DNA from: a virus | Taxonomy: Duplodnaviria > Caudoviricetes | Reading direction: 5' to 3' (one strand) | Virus record (IMG/VR): IMGVR_UViG_3300031993_000004 | Location: 213,584-277,583 of that record | DNA length: 64,000 nucleotides | Shown here: positions 35,142 through 45,300 of the stretch, in pieces | How positions within the stretch are numbered: position 1 is the first letter of the stretch | Layout: every line of letters begins with the position of its first letter | Program-made: the position numbers and the translations under genes | The notes under the pieces: model-generated | Databases searched by the model: none | The model's input: the letters and a program-made list of their open reading frames with translations, nothing else | Told to the model about the DNA's origin: nothing

Positions 35142-35688
35142 TCGTGATGTCTCTGATGCAGTTCAGGAACATGATGAAGACATGGCGGAATTCGAGATTG
35201 ATGGGGTTCCGAATCAGATGCCTATTGATGCAATACCTAACCTCAACAACGAGGATACAATCGTATTTCGCTCAGTCGATCACACCCAATATTTAATCAA
35301 CAGAAAAGCTATTGATTGGGCGGCGATGTCAGAAGGCATGGAAGCAATGACACAGAACTGGAATGCAATCCATACTGAAATCGAGAATCTGATCTATCTG
35401 AAGACGACCGGAGGAGATTGTCAAGAAGATATCGATTTCGTATTGGAGACCGTGCCAAATCTGATAAATTCATTTGTTAAGCCTGACTATGATAGAGTCT
35501 ATCCGAACCTCGATGACCATACCAGAGCAATTCTGTATTGCATCGACTTCCAGGTTTTGGTGGGTATCTTAATGCGCGAAGTCGCAGTGTTCAATGTAAG
35601 CAAATCGCTCAGCGATCTGTTCAATATTATTTCACAGGAGGGTACACTTTATGGAACTCAAGAAATTCGAGAAAATCCTGCCGAATGA
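35077..35688 (+). CDS. Hypothetical protein
   Basis: ~200 aa acidic ORF in a plus-strand operon. Confidence 0.7.
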   Translation: MVRNMSLDPRIAKKLFQDVTSDRDVSDAVQEHDEDMAEFEIDGVPNQMPIDAIPNLNNEDTIVFRSVDHTQYLINRKAIDWAAMSEGMEAMTQNWNAIHTEIENLIYLKTTGGDCQEDIDFVLETVPNLINSFVKPDYDRVYPNLDDHTRAILYCIDFQVLVGILMREVAVFNVSKSLSDLFNIISQEGTLYGTQEIRENPAE

Positions 35689-36526
35689 TATCCCGAAGGA
35701 TGTCCGGAAGGTATGCGAGCATCTGCTCGTAAAGGAGGGAGTCGACGGTGAGAACACTGAACTCACGATGTACTTCCCCGCAGCTGAGGATCCGGTCACA
35801 AAGGTATTCAAATTCGTGATCATTCCGGAGTCAAAGTTCGGCTCTCTCACGATCGTCACGCAGGACATTATGAGATTCATCTTCTCTGATAAAGCTGTGG
35901 ACATCATCCCGACAGAAGATATGCAGGCTGTTATCAGTGCTTGCACGGTCGGCGCTGGTGAACTGACATCAAAGGTGCAGGAAGAAAGCAAGGATCACGC
36001 GGACAAGATCTTCTATCATCTCATGAATGGGCAGGTTCTTGTATCTGACACCAAGGAGTTTGACTGGAGTGAAAACATCAAGAACATGCACAGAATCTCA
36101 TTTGCAGAAGATCGTATCCGTCAGCTGATCATGCTGCTGGTCACGCAGGAAGAAATTGATGTCATGCCGCCTCGCTCTGAAGATGATACGGATGAAACTC
36201 CACGTACACCTGTTAAGAGAAAGACGGTTGATGTTGCAAAGGATGAGATTGCACTCTTCCAGGAGCAGTATCAGATCAATCCGGATTACTCTATCTTCGA
36301 GAATGACAGAACGACTGAACGTGAGATTCTGATCATGAAGCTGATCGATATGATCGAAGTTCATCAGCAGCTGCTGTCGGCGACGGTTCTCATAAATACA
36401 CAGTCGCAGATCATCGCGTATTATGAGGATCAGTTCAGAAAGATCAGAGAAGCCGCAGAACCCGCAGCGGATGCACCTGCTGTTGAAGAAGTCACTGATC
36501 AGCTTGCAGATGCGATTGAGGAATAA
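35651..36526 (+). CDS. Hypothetical protein
   Basis: 291 aa, AGGAGGG RBS, biased codons. Confidence 0.75.
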   Translation: MELKKFEKILPNDIPKDVRKVCEHLLVKEGVDGENTELTMYFPAAEDPVTKVFKFVIIPESKFGSLTIVTQDIMRFIFSDKAVDIIPTEDMQAVISACTVGAGELTSKVQEESKDHADKIFYHLMNGQVLVSDTKEFDWSENIKNMHRISFAEDRIRQLIMLLVTQEEIDVMPPRSEDDTDETPRTPVKRKTVDVAKDEIALFQEQYQINPDYSIFENDRTTEREILIMKLIDMIEVHQQLLSATVLINTQSQIIAYYEDQFRKIREAAEPAADAPAVEEVTDQLADAIEE

Positions 36527-36542
36527 TTATGAAACGGATGAA

Positions 36543-36568
36543 ACGGGCAGTCGAACCTGACTGCCCGT
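36543..36568 (+). terminator. Hairpin terminator
   Basis: ACGGGCAGTC-gaacct-GACTGCCCGT-attt. Confidence 0.7.
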
Positions 36569-36605
36569 ATTTCGTTGAAAACTGATTCGAAAGGAGCCAC
36601 TAACC

Positions 36606-37610
36606 GTGTCTTTTATTTTTCACCATGATGATGATGATGGAAGATGTGCTGCAGCCATTGTCTACAATGATATGTGTCAGCGGGATCCGTTCATCGAAGA
36701 TAATATCTACGAGTATACATACGGTACGGAGATGCCGTCGATCGACATCGATAAGATCCATCCCAGTGATACGTTGTATTTTGTAGACATCTCGCTGTCG
36801 ACAGTTGTGTTCCAATTCATCAAAAGTATCCTCATCAAGTTCCCGGCAGTGAAAGTTGTGTATATCGATCACCACAAAACGACCAATGATTATCTGGAGT
36901 ATACTACATTCTCCAAAGAATCTCTCGATATATTGCAACGGATCACATTCTTCATCAAGCAGGGTGTGTCTGCTTCTATACTTGCGTGGGTGTATTCGTG
37001 CATGAGTAACGAAGAGCGGAAAAATCCGAATAAATATGTGTGGGATGCAACTGCGACATATTCACACATTGGCATCGGTACTGATCTTGATTCACTGCGC
37101 GAATATCGTGTCCCGATGGTCGTCAGATTTATCAACGATTGGGATGTGTGGAACCATGAGATCTCCGGAACCAGAGCATTCCATTACGGATTTATGACAG
37201 AAACAGATAAGTCTCCTTCAAGCAAGCTGTGGGTGAATCTGATCTATAATGAGGATTCAATCAGCATCACTCGGAAGTATCTGACTCCTGGTGAGACAAT
37301 TGTTGCGATTAAGGACGGAGAATCGAAACATATCATTGACACTGGATGGGAATATCCGATGTGTTTCAATGGTGAAATGATCAAGATCTTTGTCGTGAAT
37401 GCACGTGGTGACTCATTCATGTTCGGAGATAAACTCGATAAATATCCGGCAGTTTGCATGTTCTGGCGCACAAAAGATATGTGGGAATATAGCTTCCGTT
37501 CTAATGCTATAAATGGCATTGATGTTTCGAAGCTGTGCAAATCTCTCGGCGGCGGTGGACATATTCATGCAGCTGGTTTCAAATCAAAAGACCTGATGTT
37601 TGTACTGTAA
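36606..37610 (+). CDS. DHH/DHHA1 family phosphoesterase
   Basis: HHDDDDG, FVDIS, IDHHKT, GGGGHIHAAGF. Confidence 0.9.
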   Translation: MSFIFHHDDDDGRCAAAIVYNDMCQRDPFIEDNIYEYTYGTEMPSIDIDKIHPSDTLYFVDISLSTVVFQFIKSILIKFPAVKVVYIDHHKTTNDYLEYTTFSKESLDILQRITFFIKQGVSASILAWVYSCMSNEERKNPNKYVWDATATYSHIGIGTDLDSLREYRVPMVVRFINDWDVWNHEISGTRAFHYGFMTETDKSPSSKLWVNLIYNEDSISITRKYLTPGETIVAIKDGESKHIIDTGWEYPMCFNGEMIKIFVVNARGDSFMFGDKLDKYPAVCMFWRTKDMWEYSFRSNAINGIDVSKLCKSLGGGGHIHAAGFKSKDLMFVL

Positions 37611-37619
37611 TGTGAGAAA

Positions 37620-37647
37620 GAATGTGGGGGCCGAAGCCCCCACATTC
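37620..37647. terminator. Bidirectional hairpin terminator, cUUCGg loop on minus strand
   Basis: GAATGTGGGGGC-cgaa-GCCCCCACATTC. Confidence 0.8.
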
Positions 37648-37649
37648 CA

Positions 37650-38000
37650 TCTCCAACGAGGTAGAGTTCTTACGATTGTTACTAGAAATGCTTTCTCGTG
37701 ACATTACTGACCGAATTCCAGAATACATAGAAGGAGTAAACTGGTCGACAACATTCAGTCAATAATCGGGAGTATATGTATAAATCACATGATAAGTTCT
37801 TTCACATCAACGCTCCGGAATCTGCGTGCGTGTCACAGATTGATGGCCATCTTAACCAGATTCATATGGTTCATATTAAGAAAATAATACGTGAGACTTA
37901 TTTTTTATCGACACAACCTGTCAGAGCTATCTCTGGTATTATCGACGTCACATGAAACATATTACATGATGTGAACGAGGGCATTACCATGCAATTGTCA
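37650..38000 (-). ncRNA. Candidate structured non-coding RNA of ~350 nt, family unknown
   Basis: ORF-free gap with nested stems, including a 14-bp helix (37703-37716/37753-37766) whose two G-U pairs form only on the minus strand and a 9-bp long-range helix enclosing four hairpins. Confidence 0.6.
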
Positions 38001-38005
38001 ACATA

Positions 38006-39925
38006 TCAGGCTTTTACAACCTTTTCCAGTGGTGTCATTGTTGGTTTGATTCCATCGATTGTTTGAGTCAAACCAACATTGATTGCGGAAGAGATATCTT
38101 GGAACAGCAAACCTTGCAGGATACCTGCGCGCTGAACTGCTACACGATATTGTTCCTTATCATACGACATCGGATCGACACCACCCTGTCCGAATTTCAA
38201 CGCAAACGATTTGCCTCCGGAACGGCATACACGGCGTGCGATAATTTCGTATGTGATCGAAGGACCGGTCAAATCGATTTTATTGATCTCCAGACAGCGG
38301 AACATCATTTCTGTCATCATATTATATGGAATTTGTGCAGTCTTTGAATACAAATATATCTGATTGATAAAGAACTCAACATTCTTAACGGATTGGCGAA
38401 TTGCAACGGAGCAGATCTTTGATTCAGGCTCATATTGGAGAATGAAGTAATCCGGATCTTCTTGGACGTCTTCATAGATACTGAAGTCCAATGTGGTAGG
38501 AACAGTCATCCTTGTCGACAGGACTTCTTTTCCTGAATTATCATAGAACTTCACGGGTACAACACCAAATGAAGAACACGTTGTAGCCTCCAGCGAGAAG
38601 CCTTTGAACTCATCAAACATTTTCGGAATGAAAATCTTCATCGGAATTCTGTTCACGATGAAACCTTCCTGAATATCGAAGTAATTATTCTGTTGCTCAA
38701 AGATCCATTTCTTGTCAATAATTGATGCGGACTGTGACAAGTCATGCTTCGATTTCAGTTTCAGGTTCAAAAGCTTCTGCGTGATAGAAGTGACCAGCAA
38801 ACCGATCTGTGTGACTTCCAAGTTATGGAACACACGGCCTGCACATTTCCCACAAATTGCATCATGTGTGCAACATTGTGGGGAATACATATTGACGGTT
38901 TTTCCAACGAATGAACTGATGTTGTCCAATGTTGTCAAAACTTTCTTACCGCCTTCGTTGATGTAACGGAACAGCATATACTGCTTATTGCTGTCAGTGA
39001 TCGTAATCGGGATTGTTTGTGTAGTACCACAGTCAGATTCTGGATCTGGATCAATATGAATAGACTGCAACAATGCAAGAATAATCTTTGCCATATAACC
39101 AGCATCTGCGGTACCAACTGCTGAAGGATATGCACCAGCAACAACAGAGTTTGCAAATGACGGAATATCTTTCTTGTTAATGCCATCCATCAGAGATGAC
39201 TCTGAGATATCAAATCGACCGGTCAAGTTATTAAAGACTGCTCCACGCATAACATTGATCGTCTTGTAGTTGTTATCAAGGTTGCCATCACCAGATGCAT
39301 ACATGTCGTATCCATAGTCGTTTTTCAGATTCTGACGAACAAGAGCCATCAGTTCCTTTTCAACTGCATTAGATGCGAGCAGCTGTTTCGTCGGGTCTGT
39401 TGAATGCAGATCATCATGGTATTTCTCCAACAGTTGCAGCTTCAGCTGTTTCACATTATTCATCGGACGAACCAATGAAGGAGAAATTGTGGATGACAAA
39501 AATGATGCGGATTGGAACCCGAGCTTATCACGTCTGTCAATGAATAAACCAAGCGTTTTTGTATCAATCTGGGATGTAATGACCAAATTGTTAACAAGCA
39601 TGTTTAATCTTCCAAGTCCCTTTTTGTGAAGCGGAATATTCCAATACCCCAAGAATTTGATGATTCCGGTATACTCTAATAGATACCTATTCATGAACAG
39701 CATTCCAAGGGATGTTTCGACGTCTTCTTTCACGTATTCATAGTCTGCATGTGTCAACATAATGTGATCATTTGCATTAAATGCAGATTGCTTTTGCGTA
39801 TTTGTTGTTTTATCGAAATAGGATGCAAAAAGACTTTCCAAAAAAGCCTTGTTGAACTCTGTTATATTAGCGCTGAGGATACGCTGTTTTCCAACCGATG
39901 CAGTGGATGATGTTGGCTGCGCCAT
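38006..39925 (-). CDS. Phage RNA polymerase beta' subunit, C-terminal half (probably virion RNAP)
   Basis: Bridge helix AVGTADAGYMAK, DCGT, Zn site SPQCC....ICGKCAG, trigger loop IGLLVTSITQKLLNLKLKSKH; no DFDGD; late promoter upstream. Confidence 0.88.
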   Translation of the reverse strand: MAQPTSSTASVGKQRILSANITEFNKAFLESLFASYFDKTTNTQKQSAFNANDHIMLTHADYEYVKEDVETSLGMLFMNRYLLEYTGIIKFLGYWNIPLHKKGLGRLNMLVNNLVITSQIDTKTLGLFIDRRDKLGFQSASFLSSTISPSLVRPMNNVKQLKLQLLEKYHDDLHSTDPTKQLLASNAVEKELMALVRQNLKNDYGYDMYASGDGNLDNNYKTINVMRGAVFNNLTGRFDISESSLMDGINKKDIPSFANSVVAGAYPSAVGTADAGYMAKIILALLQSIHIDPDPESDCGTTQTIPITITDSNKQYMLFRYINEGGKKVLTTLDNISSFVGKTVNMYSPQCCTHDAICGKCAGRVFHNLEVTQIGLLVTSITQKLLNLKLKSKHDLSQSASIIDKKWIFEQQNNYFDIQEGFIVNRIPMKIFIPKMFDEFKGFSLEATTCSSFGVVPVKFYDNSGKEVLSTRMTVPTTLDFSIYEDVQEDPDYFILQYEPESKICSVAIRQSVKNVEFFINQIYLYSKTAQIPYNMMTEMMFRCLEINKIDLTGPSITYEIIARRVCRSGGKSFALKFGQGGVDPMSYDKEQYRVAVQRAGILQGLLFQDISSAINVGLTQTIDGIKPTMTPLEKVVKA

Positions 39926-39952
39926 ATCATTCCCTCCTTTATAAGATACAGA

Positions 39953-39966
39953 TTATCGTTCGGTTT
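39953..39966 (-). promoter_or_regulatory. Putative late promoter AAACC-N6-TAA
   Basis: Minus strand AAACC GAACGA TAA. Confidence 0.65.
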
Positions 39967-39993
39967 CGTATACTATTTTTAATTTCTATATGT

Positions 39994-40001
39994 ATATTAT
40001 T
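39994..40001 (+). promoter_or_regulatory. Putative early promoter ATATTATT
   Basis: Followed by an AACAGG...CCTGTT hairpin and the GAAAGTGAGGACC RBS motif. Confidence 0.7.
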
Positions 40002-40060
40002 GGATTGAACAGGGAGAATCAACCTGTTTAAAATAAAATTTGAAAGTGAGGACCTTTACA

Positions 40061-40708
40061 ATGATCATCTCCGACAACCTGCTCGAGCAAATTGCTCAAC
40101 AAAACCTTGACATGCTATTCGCGAAAGGAACATTCAAGGTACGATTTGAACACATGGAAGAAAAGACATCGCCGAGTGGAAAACACCGGATGGGAAGAAT
40201 TCTGATGCGGATCCATAAGAATGACCTCCATGAAGAGCTTTTAAACGTTACACTTGAAATCAGAGTTATACCCAGCAGAAATCTGATGAATATCATCGGA
40301 TATGAGTTCTATTGCGAAGACGTAAACGACACATTCCTGGATTTTGTGAAATGTGTCAAAGAGATTCAAGATAAAATCAACAGCCTTTCCACATACTCGA
40401 CGATCTACTATGAGGGACCCGATTCGGTCGTTGTGAACTTCAATGAGATCGGGATCGAATCCCTCGTGGGAGATGAAAGCCGTGACCTTATCGTCAAACG
40501 AAATGGTGACATTTCATATATCACATTTGATGACAAGGGATTGGCAACCACAAAACCTATGACGGAAGAGGAATTCAAGGCAATGATCATTCAATATCTA
40601 TCTGATGACAACAAACTTGTCGACTTCTGTGGAGCTACTCAAATTATGTTTGTCGATTATGACAGATACGAAAATGCCGATATCAAAGATACTGATGATA
40701 TGGAATAA
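40061..40708 (+). CDS. Hypothetical early protein
   Basis: ATG 40061 after GTGAGG; stand-alone promoter-gene-terminator unit. Confidence 0.75.
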   Translation: MIISDNLLEQIAQQNLDMLFAKGTFKVRFEHMEEKTSPSGKHRMGRILMRIHKNDLHEELLNVTLEIRVIPSRNLMNIIGYEFYCEDVNDTFLDFVKCVKEIQDKINSLSTYSTIYYEGPDSVVVNFNEIGIESLVGDESRDLIVKRNGDISYITFDDKGLATTKPMTEEEFKAMIIQYLSDDNKLVDFCGATQIMFVDYDRYENADIKDTDDME

Positions 40709-40714
40709 GATATT

Positions 40715-40736
40715 TGCGGGGGCGAAAGCCCCCGCA
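40715..40736. terminator. Bidirectional hairpin terminator with GAAA loop
   Basis: TGCGGGGGC-gaaa-GCCCCCGCA. Confidence 0.78.
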
Positions 40737-40745
40737 TATACCCGT

Positions 40746-41183
40746 TTATTTTTTGAAAAATACGTATTTTGGTTTTTCTTCTCCAAAAAACTTCCATCTG
40801 TAGAAGTCGTCCAACAGAATGGCGACAGCAGACAGAATAAACCAGTAGCAAGTATTCCTCAAACAGATTTGGCCGTAGAAGTTCATGAATCTGTCGGAGT
40901 AATCCCACACATTCCATCCGAGTTTGATATTCACGATGTAACCGGATATCAATTCCAATGCAGTGATGACGAATGTTCCGATACCCATCTGAATGAGAAA
41001 CGGCATGGACCAAGTGTACCATTCATTCAACAAACCGATGATGACGAAACATAAACCACCGACAATGAACATTGACCAGTGTGTGAATCCACGTCCGATG
41101 ATTTCCATCAACGCGTAGATGATTCCGCCGACAATGAAAAGGACAAACTCACGGAGTGTCCACTTCATCACTTTCTTCAACAT
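40746..41183 (-). CDS. Membrane protein of the CmpB/putative ABC-transporter-permease (DUF1361-like) family
   Basis: GGIIYALMEIIGRGFTHWSMF...ELISG...VWDYS...GQICL, 4 TM; a family often seen after clostridial phage tail genes. Confidence 0.75.
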   Translation of the reverse strand: MLKKVMKWTLREFVLFIVGGIIYALMEIIGRGFTHWSMFIVGGLCFVIIGLLNEWYTWSMPFLIQMGIGTFVITALELISGYIVNIKLGWNVWDYSDRFMNFYGQICLRNTCYWFILSAVAILLDDFYRWKFFGEEKPKYVFFKK

Positions 41184-41589
41184 TTTGGTCACCTTCCTGA
41201 GCGCCCACAATGTTCTGACTCACATATCTGAAGATGTTTGCAAACAGAGCTGTGATCTTATCATGGGCGGCGATTGAGCTGATGTTTCCGATGTTTTCCT
41301 GTGTTGTACCGATGGATGTGATTGTCATTGTTGCAATGCGGGCAGCACCCATACCAGGCAGGTCATCAGTGTTACACGCAACAACAACTGATCCTCCGGC
41401 AAGTGCTTCATTCAGCATGACCATGATCGTCATGTCGTCGAGCTCGACCATGTACGTGAGATCTGCAGTATGTTGCATCGTGGCATCCATTGTATCCTCA
41501 ACAACAGTGACCACTGCATCAAATGTAACGTACTGGCGCTCCAGATCGGACACGAACGTGTCCATTCTTGTTTGAAGTTCCTGTCTCAT
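41149..41589 (-). CDS. Hypothetical protein
   Basis: 146 aa, AAGGAGG RBS. Confidence 0.65.
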   Translation of the reverse strand: MRQELQTRMDTFVSDLERQYVTFDAVVTVVEDTMDATMQHTADLTYMVELDDMTIMVMLNEALAGGSVVVACNTDDLPGMGAARIATMTITSIGTTQENIGNISSIAAHDKITALFANIFRYVSQNIVGAQEGDQNVEESDEVDTP

Positions 41590-41604
41590 AGATAAAAATC
41601 CTCC

Positions 41605-42294
41605 TTAGATTAAATCAACCGCCGGAGCCGGAACATCTTCGTTTGCGAAGTCTCTCTGCGGATGTATAATCTTGTCATAGTCAAATGGATCATTAATTTC
41701 TTCCTCGAAATGAACCTGGGTTGTTGCAATGATTTCTTGCATCTGTTGGTTCAGTTCGTCATCAGCAATTGGTGACCCATACTTGAAGTTTTTGATTGTG
41801 TCAAAGTCTGAAAGTGAATTGATATATGCTTGTGCAAAGTTGTTATATGTCGTGTGGTATGTAATCCATGCCACGCCGACTGTTGACAGTTGGATGATTT
41901 CTTCCGGTGTATAATGTCTACAGAGCTTTCCGTCTGCGTGATAGAACAGCGGCAGATCTGGGAACATCATTGCCTGTGTTGCAAGCTTTGACAAATTCAT
42001 CTGATCAGTTGCATCCAGAGAATAGTGATCATCACCGATCTGAACACCGGCTTCGATTACCATGTGGCATGTTTCTGAGATGAATTTATTTTTTATCTGC
42101 TTGGCTTCGCGGATGTGTCGTTCATCGGCGTCTGCTCTCAGAATGAAGTTGCCTTCGTAGTATTTGTATGAGAAGATGTCTTCCAAGATGTCAGGTGGGA
42201 CGACGAGAACCTCACAACAACCCTCGTCATTTGGATCTCCACCCACGGTAATTGCTTCGATGATATTATACTCATCGTCGAGTCTGAGAATCAT
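41605..42294 (-). CDS. Tail fibre assembly/accessory protein, DUF4376-like
   Basis: YSLDATDQMNL...YHADGKLCRHYT directly downstream of the fibre gene. Confidence 0.7.
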   Translation of the reverse strand: MILRLDDEYNIIEAITVGGDPNDEGCCEVLVVPPDILEDIFSYKYYEGNFILRADADERHIREAKQIKNKFISETCHMVIEAGVQIGDDHYSLDATDQMNLSKLATQAMMFPDLPLFYHADGKLCRHYTPEEIIQLSTVGVAWITYHTTYNNFAQAYINSLSDFDTIKNFKYGSPIADDELNQQMQEIIATTQVHFEEEINDPFDYDKIIHPQRDFANEDVPAPAVDLI

Positions 42295-42306
42295 TTCGTT
42301 ACCTCC

Positions 42307-45300
42307 TTAATACAATCCATAGATTCTAATGATACCGACGTTTCCATCGGTTTGGTGCGTGAATCGAATCTTTCCGTCATTCACCCATTGAACGAGCATC
42401 CGTGTTGCTGATGATGATGTACCTGTGTTTGATGGATTGAAACCTTCACCAACATAATATCCCGGATCACCACTTTGTCCATACCGTGAATTTTTCTTGA
42501 CATACTGGAGTGGTACGACGAAATTGTAGTTTGTCGCATTTGTTTGTGACGAACCAGATTTGAATGTTGAATTCTGGATGCACACATAGATTGCTTTCCA
42601 TTTAAAGAACAAATCGGATATGGAGCATTCAACATATGTCGTTGCTGCCGAAGAAGTATACAGCAAAGGTTGATCCACATTTGCATCATCTGGCATCATT
42701 CTGGTCACGTTATTACCTGTCGGATATGACGCCACACCACTTGTCAATCCGTACAAATTCCATGTAGAAGAACCGACATATGATGAAAGGTTCATCTCAT
42801 GTATTTCAGAAACAGAGATTGACTGATAGCGTGCTAGATCACACTTAACCCAGATACCAATTTCGCTAAACGGTGTCGATGTGGATGTATCTGCCGTATG
42901 TGTAACTACGACAGTTTCATTATTGATGATATCATCACTATATACCCATTTAAGTCTGTAATTAACTAAAGCAGTATTCGTCGCATAAAATTGTACAAAG
43001 AGGATACCGATTCCTGAACGTGCTCCGGTTGACGATTTGTAGTTGGATGTGATCAAGAATACCGTTGTGAGATACAAATTTCCTGACGTCGAATATTTGA
43101 CACTGGCAACATTACCCCACGTGGCACTATTCCATGACGTCGAATTGTTGTAAAATGTTCCCGCACGATGCTTCAGTCGCCATGCGAATTGTGTTGTCGC
43201 AATCTTCGTACTTGAGTCTACAGATGACAATACATTTTGTGTCACACCGGTTGTGGTTGAATCAATCGTGCCGATTAACTTGCCGGAAATATTGGTAAAA
43301 TAACCATAGTTCCAACGTTTGGACGATGCGCCAATCGAATAGGTATTATCATTCCATGGTCGAAGTGTGCCAGCGTTAGACCAGATGAATGTCTTTAGAT
43401 TTGTACCCTCAGTATGAGCAGATGTCGTCAACGTGTTCGCACCGCAAACGAAGTACAGATCTGTGTCAGCAGCCATTATCAGATCCTCTGAGTCATACGC
43501 CTTTGCGCTGCTATATGGAGTTGTCGATGAGTCCATAATGGTGTTCTTAAGCGACCTTGCAGCTTCACCACCGCCAATTATCGTTAAACCACCAGACGAC
43601 TCTCCGATGATGATACCACATCCATATTGCGACGAGGATGGATAACACGAGATAACTTGTCCATCCATTGACAACACGGAAGATTTGTAAACCAGTGACC
43701 AACCTGCATCGTTTGAATCGTCGATTTTGAAGTTGGTTTCACCTTTCACTGTGAATTGAGTTTTCTTGAACGAATACCATGGACTTATATAATCATCACC
43801 CATGTAGTATTCGACATCAGCGGCAGTCGCACTGGCGCTGCCATAGAAACCGATCTGACCGAGTATAGTTGACCAGTCACCCCTGTACACTGTTATGGCG
43901 CGAGCGAATCCCGTGGAATTCGCTACCTGAATATTGAAACCTTGGTTCGTGATTCTTGTAGCGCCGCCGGATGCTCTCGGGAATATGAGCGTCACGTCAT
44001 TGTTCATTGATCCACCCGCAAGAGGTACGTAAGTATCATTCAGCAATGATTTATTTCCAGTATGGATCAAATCATATGTCGTACCACCGTTATTAGCAGC
44101 ATTTGGAACAACGATCTTGACAGTACTGTTACCAACGCTATTTGTGGCATCATATCCTGTTGAAATATATGTACCACCGACGTGATGATGCGTATTTGTT
44201 TGTGTAGCTCCAAGCCAGAAGTTTGATCCATTGTACCAAACTCCGCCAAATTCCGCATTATTCTTATCTGTCAACAACAGTCCGGCGCTATTCTTCGAGA
44301 TTTTAATATAATCCGGAGATGTTAAGACGCCATTCGCTGCAAAGAGCCATTCCTTATGATCAGTATTACTGTACGTACCGATATTTTGACCATTCGAAAT
44401 AATATGGACGTCGGTATCCGCACCGAGATACAAATCTTCGTTTTCAGCAGTTGCCAGATTGTCGTAACCTACTGAATCCGTACCGGTAGAATCTTTTCTT
44501 GTGTATGCATTCGTCGCAAATTCTCCCGCACCGATAACAGTATTTCCTCCACTTTGCATCAATAAAACTTGTCCACTTGTAGTCAGCGGATACGCATAAA
44601 TTGCTGCAGAAGAACATGCTTTCCCCGATGCAGATGTTTCAAAACGGACGCAACCATATCCAGAAGATGTCAGTAACAGATTGGTGTAAGTGCTGTTTGA
44701 CGACTGAAGAACCAACGAATTGACCGAAGCGTATATCCGGTAATCATAGTTATTTGTCGATGTTGCAGTCGCATGGAAATCGATATACTTACCAATTTCC
44801 AGCACACCACTAGCGTCGATTTTTGGAACGGATGACCACCATGCACCTGATGTAGGTTGTGTGACAGCCAACGGTTTTCCTGCCGAGAAATAAACTGGAC
44901 ATGTAGTAGAACCAGCAGAACCAATGTCTGTTCGTGTTGAATAGATCTTCCATACCGGTGAATATGCGCTTCCATTACACCAGTATTCAAGAACCTGTGC
45001 GGCATCTAGCAATGTGTATCCTTGCGTCGGGGTGACACCGGTTGCTCTGTGTGGTGCTGTATGAATTACGAGACGGAACACGCCGGTATTATATGATGTA
45101 GCATAACCGGTAAATTCAATTGTACAACCCGCGAGGAAGATCTGATAATTTTCACCATTTGCAGTAAACAGTAAGTAGTCATTATCGGCATATGACCAGG
45201 TTGTTGTCAATACAATATGTGCATACACACCAGACGGAATGTATTTGTTCGTAATCAACCAAGCCATCAACGTCTCTAAGTCAATAATACTCTTCTTAGT

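Noticed and set aside
37650-38005. Group I intron, tmRNA or RNase P explanation for the structured gap
   Set aside because: The beta' gene looks complete at its C-terminus with no downstream exon, and I found no P7, tRNA-like end or GAGGAAAGUCC signature by eye. A covariance-model search is still needed.
40746-41183. Functional ABC transporter as an auxiliary metabolic gene
   Set aside because: No ATPase or binding-protein partner. This small membrane family is common beside clostridial phage tail genes.
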